Shown here piece by piece: positions 28,456 through 42,600 of a stretch of DNA of 64,000 nucleotides. Source of the DNA: Octopus sinensis. Its lineage: Eukaryota. The stretch covers positions 29,202,001 to 29,266,000 of the forward strand of contig NC_043010.1 of assembly GCF_006345805.1 (NCBI RefSeq), written 5' to 3'. The first letter of the stretch is position 1. The number at the start of each line of letters is the position of its first letter. The notes beneath the pieces are model-generated. The model was given only the letters and a program-made list of their open reading frames with translations, was not told the DNA's origin and ran no database searches. A program made the translations under genes and the position numbers.

Positions 28456-28996
28456 CACACACACACACATATATATAGTTGAAATTTACAGAAAAACAAA
28501 AGACCAAGACAGGTGTATAAACAACAAGCAGGTGTATTAGTTTGATGCTCAGGAAGGTGAGAAAGTCTTTTACATTTCAAGCTTATGCTCTTCAACAGAA
28601 AGGAACACGAGGAAATAAACAAAGAGAGAATAAAAGAACTTTTGGAGTTAGTGGTCAATCATGGTGATATATATATATATATATACGACAAGCTTCTTTC
28701 AGTTTCCATCAACCAAATCCACTCACAAGGCTTTGGTTCGCCTGATGCTATAATAGAAGACACTTGCCCAAGGTGTCACGCAGTGGCACTGAACCCAGAA
28801 CCATGTGACTGGGAAGCAAACTTTTTACCACACAATCACACATGCACCTGTATATTATAGATAATATATATTACGCATTTCAGTTGATTTATAGGTAAAA
28901 TATTACAAATTTAAATTTTGGTACTTTTTGAGCAAAATTTGGTAGTTTTATTTTGCTAAATCTGTTACTTTCATCAAAATATGTTTGGCAAGTCTG
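25852..28996 (+). mobile_element. Full-length hAT DNA transposon with a defective transposase (about 26260-28075)
   Basis: TIRs caggcttgccgaac / gtttggcaagtctg (12/14); 8-bp TSD gaatagaa / gaatggaa (7/8); subterminal tttggta repeats. Transposase motifs FSLIVDETPDVS, IVFASD, CVCHSMHICAS, C-terminal LSLPHSSVADERIFS. Confidence 0.9.
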
Positions 28997-31900
28997 GAAT
29001 GGAATGCTAATTGCTTATTAGTTTGTCATTAAAACTCTCTGTAAAATGGGATGCCATCAGGAAATATATAATCATGCAGGTGATGAAACACCTGACCTGA
29101 AATTTGTAGCTCACTGTTGTTACAATCGTTAATGTTCATCTTAATATGGTGATTGCAACAGATTATGTTATTCAATTAGTTGATGGATCTCTAACAGAAT
29201 GGAAGGGAGGTAATTAATCGAGTTTCATGTAAATAAAATAGACTAAGTTGTTAGAAAGGAAAGAATGTGTGATCTACACACATCTATGATACCAAGTCTC
29301 ACAGGTCCTCTCATACGTAATATAGATTAAGAGGACTTCGATCAACTGGGATTATCCAAACAAATACTTGAGAAGGTCTTCCTCTAAGATTTGAAAACAA
29401 GCAAAGTAGAAAATTTTAATAAGATAAATCAAAATTTTTGGACAATATAGACAATGCAGATGGGAATGGATCTGGTTCTTAAACTTAACAAACTTACTTG
29501 GACGATTGTGTGGAGATTTACATAAGAATTACGATTGAATCAATTTTTGTGCCCATATTTCTAATTTGTATATTTTGAACAGAATAAATAAACAACATTG
29601 ATCATTAAATTGTATTTATAAACAGCCTAAGGCTATAGTAGAAGACACTCGCGCAAGGTGCCACGTAGTGGGACTGAATCTGGAACCATATGGTTAGGAA
29701 GCAAGCTTCTTACCACACAGCTATGCTTGTGCTTAATACATATGTGGTGATGCAAACAGGAAAAATAGAACTCAAAATATGAGTATATGCACTAGCGTAT
29801 GTGCCACCAGGGATGACCCTTCCGCTTGCCACCCCTGGACCCCACAAAAAACACATATTACCTACAGCAATAACCCACAATAGGATGAAAAGTGCAGACT
29901 GCCCCTACTGCCCAGAGCTACGCTAGTGAGTATATGTATATTTTTATTAATATTTAACAGGAGCAAGAGTGACTCATGAGCCGACAGTTTTGTGCATCTG
30001 TTAAACTCTCAGCCCTTGAGTCACTCTCTTGCTTTTACTGTCTGTCTATTTATAGACAGATAGATAGAGAGAGAGGGGGGAGGAGAGAGAGAGAGAGACC
30101 ATTAACATGTGTTTTTTGTCTGAGAAAATATCTCCTCCGTGACAGATTTCTTTTTGACATGAAAATAGTGAGTGCACATCACCTGCAAGACTCAAGAAAG
30201 CTGAAACTCATCTCTGACATTCTCTTGGGTAATTTCTGGGACAATGTTTGTCTTGCTCCGATATATATTAGGTTTTTAACACACATCCATGAGCAGACTT
30301 TTAACACACGTCCATGAGCAGACAAAAACCATAGTATCATGCTTGTCAACAGTTTTTATGTGAGTTAGATATAACACATAGACTGCTATTTTAATGTGTG
30401 TGTGTGTGTGTGTATGTGCTGGGGCAGAGCCTTGAAGAATTTCCGGTCAAATGAATTGACTCCAGTACTATTTTATCTTAAACCTGGTACTTATTCTTTT
30501 CTGTTTGATTTTCTGTTCAAATTGATTTCATATTCAGTGTAATGATATACTTTTATAGGCTAATTAATGACATGAAAGTAATTTTCAAAATAAGTCAATA
30601 AATAAAGAGTTATTATTAATTAAAGTTTGAAAATTTGGGTAATTTTAGCCAATCGTAAGCCACAGACACATTCATGGTGGTTTCAATAGTAAGAAGCAAA
30701 AACATAAGAACTCTTTTGCCTGTTGCAATAGTAAGTCTTTGAAGTCTCTTATCTGTGAGGGAGTACATGTTGACAGCACTTTGAAAAATCTTTTATATGT
30801 GAAGAAGCACATGTTGACAAATTTGACGTTGTGTTCTGTATGGCAACAAGATCCAGTAACTTCACTTCTATTATGGCTTCTTTTTGTCATTGAACATTGA
30901 GGTGGTTGTGAGGTACGCTAAAAATAACAGCTAAAATAAGATTTTTTGGATAAATCTTTTAAATTAACATAAACATCTATTTACGTGAAAGAAAATTACT
31001 GAAGATATAACACGTGCTATTTCCAGGATGTTGACAACAAAATGTGCAGTCACGCACAAAATAACAGCTTCCAAATCCTGTTTCCTAACTGGGTGAAAAT
31101 GATCAAACTTTGAACCTCTATAACTTTTTAAAAACAATTTTCTGGAAAAAATGAAATAACTTCTGTTAAATATGTACTCAATGTATGCTTAATATGCATC
31201 ATTAGCCTTCATTATCTGAAAAAAAAAATGTCTAGATGAGCTATTTTTATTCAAAAGCTATTAGCATGGTTCACTAAAAAACTGAAGAATCTGAAATAAA
31301 AAAGAAAGGATGTTGCACAGATTAATGAAAACATAACGATGGTGTTGCTATAGTGTGCAAACCAGCTGGGAAAAGTTTTATCAAAATTGATTCACAGAAA
31401 ACTGAGAAATCCTAAATTTCACTCCTAAGCTACTAGCATGACACAGAATGTGACAAGGTTGACCCTTTGAAATACAGGTCACAACTCATTTTTGCCAGCT
31501 GAGTGGACTGGAATAATGTGAAATAAAGCACCTTGTTCAAGGACATAATGCACCATCAGAAATCAAACTCATGACCTCATGATCATGAACCTAATACCTT
31601 AACCACTGAGCTATGTGTCTTCACTAACTTGTATCAATAACCAGATCACTAACAGAACTGTAATTATCAGTAATACCATAAGTAATGACATCATGAACAC
31701 CTTTTGTCACCTAAATATTTCTGGCAGAAGGATGAAATCCTAATTGTAAAGTGACCCATTTCAAGTATTTGTCTCAGACTTGCTTATGAAATCTCTTAAC
31801 GCTGAAGCAATTACTCCAGATATTCCTTTTAGATCTAAAAATAATTTTGTTTAATAGATCATATAATATCTCTGAAGTGGTGTCAGAGGTGTGGGGAATA

Positions 31901-32749
31901 AAACAACAGTGTTTAAGGTCATTATTTGATTTGACAGTTATGAGTGATATATAAGAAAAATTAAGTATGGTGTATATTTAAAGAAATTGTTTTAAAACAT
32001 TCCTTGCATAAGAAATATAAATAGTATAAGTTTATTTGAGTTACTTGAATTTCAAACGAAGAAAAGATATGGGGCTGTGAGGGAGTAATTATTAGGTTAA
32101 CATAATGGGGCATAAAAATTTTTTTAATTAAAAAACTTATAGTCGTATGTGTGAAATAAGTATAAGATAAGGGAATAAAAATAGAAGAATAGTTGTTAAA
32201 ATTATAAAAATTACAGAACTGAGAAAAAAAATTCTTGCTGTGGCTAAGAATAATGAAAAATAATTGTTCGATGAATAAGAAGTGTTTTTGAGAGGTTGAG
32301 AAAAGTAACAATGTAGGGGAGATAAGGCTGAGACAAAGTCGTAAAAATGTTTTTTTTTCAAAAATAGCACGTTTCTATATCTTACAGGTTGACTATGTTA
32401 GATATCAAAAAGTTACAATATAAATTGAGAATCTAGTTAGGCATAAAAAAGGTAAAAATCCATAGTAATCTTTTATAAATAATTTTCAAACTTCTATAAC
32501 GTAGTGGTGAATGTGAATGTAAGAAAAAGTATTTTTATTATTATGGAGTGATAGGTGTGAAAATAAGTATGTTAAAAATACAAGAAATAATTCATATATA
32601 AACAAATCGTATAAGGGAAGAATATTTATATATATGGGAAAGGAAAAAATAATAATAAGGCAGAATGCTAAACTGAAAGCAAATTTTAATATAAATGGAT
32701 GTAAGAAAGATTAAAAAAGAAATCAAACTTCACACACTACCCCAATCAG

Positions 32750-33160
32750 TTAAAAAATGTGCATACCCTAACTGATACCTGCCCCTTCTTATTTGAAGGC
32801 TCTGAATTTACTTTCAAACAAGGAACAAAGTTTAAAATCAAGACCAACTTCTCTTGTTCCTCCGAGAACCTCATTTATGTCCTTACATGCGCAGGTTGCC
32901 AACACAATTATATCAGACAGACAAGCCTTCCTTTATGCAGAAGAGTAGCAGTCCATAAAGAACAGATAAATCTCCCACAATACTGTCAAATTCCACTCAG
33001 TAGCCACATAGATTCTTGCACTAGAAATAAAAATCCCAAATTTCGTATATTCTCTTTCTATCAATGTAAAGACAGAATCTCTACACAAGAAAGAATCAAC
33101 AAGGAGAAACTTTTTATTGAAAAATTCCAAACTCTTCTTAATATGCAAACTCCACGGTAA
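32750..33160 (+). mobile_element. Neptune-type PLE GIY-YIG fragment
   Basis: TCPFLFEG..F...FSCSSENLIYVLTC.GC..NYIRQT..L..R..VHKEQI; homologous to 15200-15545. Confidence 0.85.
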
Positions 33161-34949
33161 CCATATTCCTTTTTCTAGCATCCTGTTTGACAAAAAATCC
33201 AGCATCCCAATTAAAGAGTATAAAATCCACGGAATTGTCTCCCCTTATTCACAGGAACTGTATAACTTCTACCCCATTTCCTGTTTTGACACATAAACAT
33301 ACAACCTTCTCAAACAAAATACTACACTAAAACACATGCATCCTAATCCTCCAAAGAAGTATTTCCATAGAATAATATTGAACTATAAAAGCTTAAAGAC
33401 ACTATAATGTATTGGTATACTTATTAATTAATTTTTGTATATATTTAATATTTTTTTGAAAAAAACATAAATTTTTTTTCCCCTTCCTCATATTAAAAAA
33501 ATTTTTTTCCCTCTTCCTCATCTTGAAAATTTGCCTTGCAATGAAAGCCAGTTTGACTTCCTTTTTTAATCTTTCTTACACCCATTTATATTAAAATTTG
33601 CTCTCAGTTTAGCATTCTGCCTTATTATTATTATTTTTTCCTTTCCTATTATTTCTCCACATGCAGTTAACACAACTCCACCATTTACTGACTTATATAT
33701 ATATATATTGTATACTGATGCAGTTACAAGGAACAAGTCTATGAAAAAGAGTGTACATGGGACTGTGTATTCTAGCAATATTTGTTTTATTTTGAATTGA
33801 GGGTGGATTTGGCAGATAGGGTACCGTGTGATGATGATGATAGTTATACGGGTGTAAAGATATGGACAGAAATAATATGTAGGCATCATTATGAATTAGA
33901 ATTTTAGTTAAAATTACCCACACATATGATAGGGAGATGCTATTATATGCAATAATATACATACATATATTTTATATATTTATTTGTATGTATGAGCATA
34001 TAGTGGTGTGTGTGTGTGTGTATATACATCTATATATATGTTTATTAATGTATGACACACATATATGTATAAGTAAAATATAAAATATAATATATAATAT
34101 ACTGAATGGTGTTAATATAAAGTTAAAAAACATTAGTAGCAATAACAATAATGATAAATAAATAATAAAATCTATTTAGATGTATAACACAAAATGATAA
34201 ACAATAAATGATACCTATAAGGGTGTGTACATTTTGTGGAAGAGTTTGTTGTGCACCAAGAATTACTATAAGTATAAGCATATATAGTCTGTAAGATTTG
34301 ATTAATATCAGGTAGATTGACAAGAAGCCATAAACAATAAAAAATAAAAATTGGGATAGTTAAGAGAGGTAGTTTTTCTAAAGTACATATTATACAAATG
34401 GAATAGGTTATGAATAAGAAGGAAGAAAAGAAGGGAAAAAAAATAATTTTAAAAATATATAAGGGCAAAATTGACACCGAAATAGTACTATAAATGTTTG
34501 CATATATCAGTAGTAAGAAGTAAATAAGTATCATACAGATTGGTAATAGACAATTACGATAAATAATAATAATTATTATTGGAATAGGTAAGAGAGGGGT
34601 GTATCTAAGTACATATTGTAAAAGAAATATATTACAGACAAATTAATATATATACATGTATATTAAGGTCCAAAAATATATTGAGAAAAAGGGAAGGTAT
34701 ATGAAGGTTTGGTAGAGATGTTATATTAATATAAGGAGGATCATACAATTATAAGGGGGGATGGTTGAATAATAATTAAATATCCAAGTAGTATAAGATA
34801 ATTAATGGAGAGAGTATTATAGAATAGAAATTTGATGCCATAGTTAGGAATATTGTAGAAAGAGGTATTATACAAAAAAACTTAATTATAAGGAGAAGGA
34901 AAAAGATAAAAAGAGTTAAGGTGTGTGTGTGTGTGTGAGGGGTGGGGAG

Positions 34950-37470
34950 ATTATTTAAGATTAAAAAAGGAGTTTTGACATGTTTGCAAGAAAAATCTTT
35001 TTCATCTCTCAAATTAACAAGAAGACCGTTCATTTTCATTACTTTATAACTTTCTTCAAGGCATAATTTGCAGATATTGTTATTATGTCTATAAGATGGG
35101 GCTGAAGATAGTATTTTCCAAGAATTCAAGTAATCTATATAGCTTCTTTTGAGTTGCCAAACCTTTTTGGATAGACCTGTGCTCTTCTCTTTTCTAGGGT
35201 CATTAAAGGATGATTTATGATCATTTATTCTTAAGTTCAAAGAATTTTGTGTACATCTGGTGTAAGTAAATTTAGAGAGATTATGGGTAATAATTGTTGC
35301 TTGGTACACTACATCTTTCATTTTACAATTTCCATCTACTTCACAAGAACTTGGTTTCTACAATTACAATTAGAATTATTAGTTAGTACTATAGTGTTAT
35401 GTCTATATGTATTAGGGGTAATTGGGTTTTGGTTATTCTGATAATTATAGTTATTAGATATGGAACTATTGGGGTTGCTATGTATATTAGGAGTTTTTTT
35501 AAATAATAGAATTGGTCTAGTTTCTTATTGTTAAATGAAGAGATAATCTTAAATAGGTTTGGAGATACTGAAAATCCAAATCTGATCTTTTTGTTATTAA
35601 ATATTTTTGCATATTTAGAGTTTTTAAAGTTTTTTTTAATATTTCAAATGGATTTAATAAAATTAGATTTTAGATGTTTTGCAAAAGGAATTATGATCCA
35701 TATGATGTTATTATTGTTTTCTTTATCATAGAGGTTTATGCTTTTTTTCTATATTATTCCTAACTTTATTAATATGATTTTTGCAGTGATGTAAATTATT
35801 AGAAGGATTAGATGTAGTGGGATAAGTTTGATTTTTAAGTGTGTTGGTTTAATTTTCTTATTTGTATCTATAATTAATTGTTTTTGGTGTTTATTTTCAG
35901 TCTACTTGGGTTTAACCCTTTTGTTACTAACCCGGCTCTGTGGTAAAATGTCCTGCTTTCATAAGTTTTGAATTAAAATATTCCACCAAACCTTAGTCAC
36001 AATTTACGTCCTAACACTAGCTAAATGATAACTAAGTTATTTTACTAAATTCTTTGTTATATTTAAAATAATTGAAAGAAACACAGAGCATCTCAAAATA
36101 AACACAGTAACGAAAGGGTTAATTACATTAACAGTGTGGTTGCTGATTTGTGACTTGGTAAAATTTGTGTTATTAGTTCTTTAAGTGAGGTTATGGATGT
36201 GGTGCTCATACTGATAGTGATTATTATTATGTTTATTGTTGTAGGATTTGTATCTATTGCTAATGATCATTATTGGGAGAATTTCATTGTTTGTCGGGGT
36301 TTTCTAATTCACCAGTTGATTTAGGTTCACTAATATGGTCAGTGTTGTTCTTATCTAGATAATTATTGGAATAATTAGAATAGCTGCTATTGTTTTTATT
36401 GTACTTAATTTGTTATTTGTATCCTACCGTCTTATGTGCTAGATTATGGTAGTCTTTATGTTTGTTAAAAATTTCTTCATTGGATGATAATAAGTTAATT
36501 CTACTTTCTATATTGGAGGTTAGATTTTTTTATAGTATTATAAGGATGGTTACTTTGTGCATGTATAGGTTTATATGATGAAGTATTAAGGTTAAAGTTA
36601 AGGTCTAGGAAGTTCACTGAGTTGTTATCTTTTTCAATGATGATAGATAGTCCTTGGTTTTTGAAGAAATTGTGTAATCTTTTTTTGTATAGCTCAAGTT
36701 TCCTGTTGCAGGTATTTCTAAGAATCGTGCATCATCGCGGTAAAGACCACCTTCCAATTCAGGGAATTCTTCTTTAAGCATAAAAAGTAAATTCTGATTA
36801 AGGTGGTCACTTCAGCAGAGTTTTGCGTGCTGATGGGTATATCGAGAGAGTCTGGAGTATCCTTCCTAGTCCAATATTTACCTTGATGAGAGATTATAGT
36901 TTATCTAGCTTCAATTATTATTTCAATTTCATTCATTGATAATTTAGTCCTATTCTTGGCGAATATAAGTGCTTTATTAAATAATATAGGGTTGATTGGT
37001 AATAGTTGTCTATGTCAAGTTGGATAAATTTACATTTTTTCTCATCTTTTATGCTGGTGAATCAGTTGATTGTATCTAGTGTTTTCAACCACAAGTTGAG
37101 TTTAATTTTAGGTTTCAGTAACTGCAGGTATTTATCTAAGATAAATTTGCTTAGTTTTCCAATGTCTGATTTGTAGGGGCAGATGAGCTTAACCTTTGGA
37201 TCAGTATGAAAATTAGATTTGTGATCTTTCAGGCTAATTCAAGGCCTAGATGGTTCACAGACTTCAGTAACATCATCAATTTTATACTTGCTCATTATTT
37301 GTTTGGCTTTAAAGTTAATAGATTTTAGGACATCTTTATTTATAATCTTATATTTCTTTGTTTAGGAGCTTATAGTATAGATCTACATCGTATAGGTTTC
37401 TTGTTTTGTTGGATTGCACAATTATACCTTGTAACTGTCGGAGTTCATTAACTTTATTCTTCAAATAACG
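34950..37470 (-). mobile_element. Penelope-like element (possibly Hydra clade), near-complete degraded ORF
   Basis: SLKDHKSNF..DPKVKLICPYKSDIGKLSK, FIQLDIDNYY, GGLYRDD, VNFLDLNFNL, IWIIIPF, CNC...GNCKMKDVVYQATI, RINDHKSSF, CKLCLEES. Confidence 0.85.
35916..36118. mobile_element. piggyBac-like MITE (TTAA|CCCTTT...AAAGGG|TTAA); second copy at 50332-50552
   Basis: TTAA at 35912-35915 and 36119-36122; TIR ccctttYgttac; inserted in the PLE ORF. Confidence 0.8.
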
Positions 37471-38199
37471 TAATGTAATATGAAGAATCTTTACCAATCT
37501 ATTACCAGTGTAATATGAAGAATCTTTATTAGAAATCGACCTTTGGAACCCACCAAAGTAAAGGATAAAATAGAGCTCAACCTTTTCTCATATATATATA
37601 TATATATATATAACAGGCTTCTTTCAGACTTTTCTTCTATCTACCAAATCTGGTCACAAAGCTTTGTTCAGTCTGAGTTACTCGTCCAAGGTGCCACACA
37701 ATAGGACTGAACCTGGAATCATACAGTTGTGAAGCAAACTTATTATCACACAGCCACACTTGCATACAACAGGCTTCTTTCAGTTTCCACCTACCAAATC
37801 CACTCTCAAGGCGTTGGTTGAACAAGAGCTATTGTAAAAGACACTTGTCCACAAACCCACATGGTTTGCATGCAAGCTTCTCAAGTGCACAGCCATGCCT
37901 GCAATATCGTCATCAGTATTATTTAATGTCCCTGTTCCATGCTAGCATAAATTGCAACTGTTTGACAAGGATCCAAGGGGTTGACTTCATCATGCTCCAG
38001 TGTTTGCTCTGGCATGGGTTTTATGGCTAATGACATCCACTTGACAGTGTGTACTGGGTGCTTTTTTCATGCCACTGTTACTGTTGTGGTTACCAGTTCA
38101 CAAGTGAACAAGCCCAAGGGAAGGAGGATGCTGCATCTGTATCTTAGATGGAGATTAAGGGATGAGGGAAGAGGTTAGAGTAGAACAGGTTCTTATTGT

Positions 38200-38700
38200 A
38201 CAAGTGCTACATGGTTACTCACATTTAGGAAAGAGAGTGAGAATGAATTAGAAGTAACTCCAAGGAGCTAGTCAGTGGTGGTCACATATCCAGGAGGCAC
38301 TCTCAGGTAGCAGGTGCAGTGCAGTAGTGGGTATGGAGTGTGGGGGTGTGTGTGTGCTAGAGTGTATGGGGGAAGTAGGAAGAGATAGGCAACATCTGTA
38401 AAGATTGAAGAGTTGAGGGGAGAAGGTGCATGAGTTGTGGAAGCTACAGGAATGCTAGGGAGAAGAGAGACATGTTCGAGTAGGCAGCAAAAGCAGAGTA
38501 GAAAGATAAAATAGGTGTAATGCAAAAGAAATAATTTGTTAATACAGAGAAGGGAGATGGCTACTGTAACAAGTGGGCATAGAACAATATTAATGGATGA
38601 AAAGTAACTATGGGTATACCAGCAGGTTAGTAGATCCTCATCAAAGTACAACAGGGGTGAATTCTTTCTAGTAATTCACTGTCCAGTATAGCTAGGATAA
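38200..38700 (-). mobile_element. LINE 3' remnant (L2/CR1-like), heavily decayed
   Basis: Decayed C-terminal RT-like text (..LSFYSAFAAY..) and purine-rich plus strand; weak. Confidence 0.35.
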
Positions 38701-38725
38701 CTAGGGAGTTGTAGCTTTATATGAT

Positions 38726-39505
38726 TTAACCCTTTAAACTGGCCATATCCAGCCAAAATATTCAACCTGTTTTATGTTCAAACAGGCAGATAAGGTTTCT
38801 CACACCTAACCTACAATAACATTCTAAAAAAATTAATTAACATCAAAATTTCATAGATACAGAATAATGCAGGATTAATTCAAAATAATGTGAATAAATA
38901 AGCATTACATTTGACAGAATAATGTGAATGCTAAGGGGTTAAAGGTAATAGGTTCTCAGATTATTTATATAATGTCATTGTAAGGCAGGTGAGAGGTTGG
39001 ATCTCGTCAATTTGAACATAAAACCAGTAGAATATTTAGGCCTGATACGGCCATATTAAAGGCTAGAGAGTTAATATTTACCTTTCAATATTGAAGTCAC
39101 GGTACATGTAGAATAACAAGTAATGGCAATTTTACACCAGGAACAGATCAAGAAAAGCAAAAGTGTGTAGTAATACAACCTCCATCCAAGAAAGGACTGT
39201 AAACCTGCAAGAGACTGAAAATACAAAACATCCACCTATCTGCAGGATTCTACCTTACCACTGTAGTTAATTGGACTTCATGGGGGCAATTGCAAAACTG
39301 GTAAAATTTCAGCAATTTGGAGCAACAGAAAGATTTAATCCTTTAGCATACAAATTACTCTGTCAAATATAATGTTATGATGTGATAGTTTATGTTTAGA
39401 TAGATATTGTAGGATAGGTGTGAAAGGCTGGACCTTGGTGGTTTGATCATAAAACAAGTAGAATATTTGGACCAGATATGGCTGGTTTAAATGTTAAAGG
39501 GTTAA
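38726..39505. mobile_element. Cluster of TTAA/CCC-type MITEs (38730-38938, about 38960-39060 partial, 39340-39501); same family at about 53040-53466
   Basis: ttaaccctt.../...gggttaa termini and shared body (ggccatatcc...gttcaaac...ctcacacc). Confidence 0.7.
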
Positions 39506-40764
39506 GACTTAAACTCTGTTTTTACAACTTCATTGAACTATCAACATTATTGTAAAGGTACAGAATATGTATTCTCAGTCTGTAGAAATAGAAACCAAAT
39601 CACAACTTAACATCTTAAATGACGAGTTCATGAGACAATTAAGTCCTTGATATACAAAAAGATAAGATGCACAAAATTTGGATCTAAACAACAGACTAAG
39701 GTGTACAGGGGATTCAAGAGATAATGTGATAAAGGCAAGAAACGAAGACCTTCAATAGTTTGTTGACAAACTCGTAATACAATACTGATATATACAACTG
39801 GTCAGTCAATGAAAGAATATAACCACTGTCCTAAAAGCAAGTGTATAAATAAAGGAGTGTCACTATCTTCAGGTTTGTCAAAGTTATGATGTATAAAGAC
39901 AATTTTTATTAAACTCTATTTTGTTAGTACTTTTTGTGGTGAATCAAAATCATAAAAGATAATTTTGAGTGGTTCTCAACCAAGTTTCATCTAACAAAAC
40001 AGTATATTAGGGATTCACAATAGTATATTAAGGGCCCTTGACAAAAATTTTGCTTCAGATGTGTGTATTACAAGAAACAACTAGGTTTCTTTCGCTAGGA
40101 CTTTACATATAGGAGTTTTGAAAGAAGTTTCTTTAAACATTGAAAGGTTATAGTAATCAAAGGGGTCCTTAGATGAAAAATGGTTGAGAACCCCTGGTCT
40201 AGAAGATAACATTCAACAATATATAACATATTTAAATGAGATTTTTAATATAAAATTTACAGATAAAATGTTAGAATTTCAGTCATGTTTTACATGAATC
40301 TCTCAGTTCTTTTCAAGTCTATTTACAAGAGATATGTAACAGATCAATCAACACAATGATATTTGCTTGTTTAAACAAGGGGTTTTGAAAGAATAATTTT
40401 CTGCAAATTTCGTATCTTTCAGGATTTTTACCTTTGTGTTTTTCCAGTTATGATTAATTAAAAAAATATTTAATGACAACTTTTCCAGAATGTGTTTGTG
40501 GATTTCACGATTAGAATCCTAGAGAATTATTTTTCAAGATTTCACACTAATATTTTCTTCCGGTCAATATTCTGTTGTTCGTTACATGGGCTGACTTATT
40601 TCATGTGCGTTCATTTATTAACCACATGTTTATAATTCACAATAGAAGGATTTCAAAACAGTTTCAGTGAAAGTGAGGGTACATTTGTAGACGATGCGAC
40701 GAGAATTCAAAGACGATTTCCAACTTATTTAATCGAAATAAATGTCTCTTTGGAGGAACCTTTC

Positions 40765-41961
40765 TCACGTTTCACTGTTAAAAGTCTTCCCTCCAGCATG
40801 AATTCGTTCATGCCTGTTTAAATGACTACTATTGACAAACGATTTACCACAAGTTTCACACCGAAACGGTTTCTCTCCCGTGTGTCTACGTTTATGAACT
40901 AAAAGACTAGAACTAACAGAAAACGATTTATCGCATATTTCACAATAATAAGGTTTTTCTCCAGTGTGTACTCGTTCGTGAGTTTTTAAATCACTGTTAT
41001 TCACAAATGATTTCGTACATATTTCACAGCTATAGGGTTTCTCTCCCGTATGTCTACGTTTGTGACTGATAAGATCAGAGTTCCGAGAGAAGGATTTACC
41101 ACACATCTCACAAAGATAAGACTTCTCTCCCGTATGTAATTGCTTGTGGACTATAAGAGAAGACTTCACAGAAAATGATTTCTCACAGATATCACAGTGA
41201 TAAGGTTTTTCCCCAGTGTGTCTACGTTTGTGGATTGTAAGTTTACAATTTTCAATGAAATACTTGCCACAGATTTCACAGTGGAACAGTTTTTCTCCCG
41301 TGTGAATTCGTTTATGTGTTGTTAAATTACTGTTATCAACAAAAGATTTTCCACATACATCACAATGGTAAGGTTTTTCCCCCGTATGAATTCTTCTGTG
41401 TCTGGTTAAATTACTGCTGTAGACAAAAGCTTTTCCGCATATTTCACAGTGGTAAGGTTTTTCTCCAGTGTGAATCCGTTTGTGTCTCGTTAAATTACTA
41501 CTATGAACAAAAGATATTCCACATATTTCACAGGGGTAGGGTTTTCCTCCAGTCTGTATGGTTTTGTGTGGTTTTTCTTCCGTGTGACTACGTATGTGAA
41601 TAACAAGACTCGAATTTTTTATGAATGATTTCCCACAAATCTGACACTGAAACGGGTTTTCTTCGGTATGTATTTTTGTGTGTCTTGCGAAATTACTCTT
41701 CAAAACAAAAGATTTTCCACATATATCACAGCGGAAGGGTTTTTCCTTGTGGTGTCTTTTTCTGTGCGTAATGACTTCGTATTTTGACGAAAACGTTTTC
41801 TTACATATCTCACAGCGATATTCAGCAATCTTTCTATGTACTGACGTTTGTTTAGTAAACGTTTCACCACATAATTCTTCGTCACTATATGTCTGCGTAT
41901 CTGTGTCTATATTGTTAAAAACGGGTTTAGTAGAAGAGTCCAAGTGATTAACGCCCTCCAT
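40765..41961 (-). CDS. Tandem C2H2 zinc-finger protein A (398 aa, 12 fingers, single coding exon)
   Basis: Open ORF with 12 CxxC-x12-HxxxH units and TGEKPY linkers; ATG in aatATGG context; 5'-UTR intron with GT-AG at about 41988-42095. Confidence 0.93.
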   Translation of the reverse strand: MEGVNHLDSSTKPVFNNIDTDTQTYSDEELCGETFTKQTSVHRKIAEYRCEICKKTFSSKYEVITHRKRHHKEKPFRCDICGKSFVLKSNFARHTKIHTEENPFQCQICGKSFIKNSSLVIHIRSHTEEKPHKTIQTGGKPYPCEICGISFVHSSNLTRHKRIHTGEKPYHCEICGKAFVYSSNLTRHRRIHTGEKPYHCDVCGKSFVDNSNLTTHKRIHTGEKLFHCEICGKYFIENCKLTIHKRRHTGEKPYHCDICEKSFSVKSSLIVHKQLHTGEKSYLCEMCGKSFSRNSDLISHKRRHTGEKPYSCEICTKSFVNNSDLKTHERVHTGEKPYYCEICDKSFSVSSSLLVHKRRHTGEKPFRCETCGKSFVNSSHLNRHERIHAGGKTFNSET

Positions 41962-42539
41962 ATTTATTCACGGAGAATTCTTAAAAACTAAAAAAGACTG
42001 TCTGCGAATATATTACCATTAATCTTATATCTTCGATATCATGGGACTGTTTACAAGTGTGGAAAACAAGTAAAGTAGATATATTTTCTACTTACCACAA
42101 GATCGCTTGTTGTTGTCTGGGTCTTCTAGTGACTCAGATATTCAAAAACAATTCTATTTCTAGGTAACGAAGTATGGATACGATTAATGGGTGTTTTATA
42201 TAAAAACTATAAACTGTCCATAAAATAACTCTTGATAAACGTTTTGGTGAAATCGGTGTTTTAGTGAGAGAGGTTGTAAGGGGCCTCTCATCAGAAGTGT
42301 AAAGAAAAGATATGCGGGGTGTGATACAGATGTTGGAGAAACAAAATGTGTACGCATCTATCTATATATATATATAAGCTCAGTACTTATATATGCGGGT
42401 GTGTTTCAATGTCAGCGTGTAGCCTAAATTAATCAAGATTTTTTTTCCCACGGAGAACAATGATCAAAATGTTCACAACACACATAACACTTCCGTTTAG
42501 AAGACCAGATCGTAAGTCAATAAGGGTCAGAAACGCTAA

Positions 42540-42600
42540 ACGCTGATTGGCTGGTAATTAAAACCCATTTCCCGAATGCTGATCTCTCATTGGTTGATCT
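42540..42600 (-). promoter_or_regulatory. Putative promoter CCAAT boxes of zinc-finger gene A
   Basis: ctgattggc (about 42543) and cattggttg (about 42589), about 450 bp upstream of the UTR-intron donor in a CpG-retaining segment. Confidence 0.35.

Noticed and set aside
29964-30036. Hairpin with paired AP-1-like sites (gagtgactca / tgagtcactc)
   Set aside because: Short, single instance, with no supporting context.
31950-34800. Strongly C-poor plus-strand tracts (about 31950-32750 and 34080-34800)
   Set aside because: Best explained as skewed PLE tails or flanks; no mirror match or ORF support was found.
41316-41947. Plus-strand ORFs overlapping gene A; similar ones over gene D (60691-61757)
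   Set aside because: Antisense frames of repetitive zinc-finger or low-complexity codons.
42270-42300. CTGATGA plus hairpin on the minus strand upstream of gene A
   Set aside because: No GAAA/UH half, so not a hammerhead.
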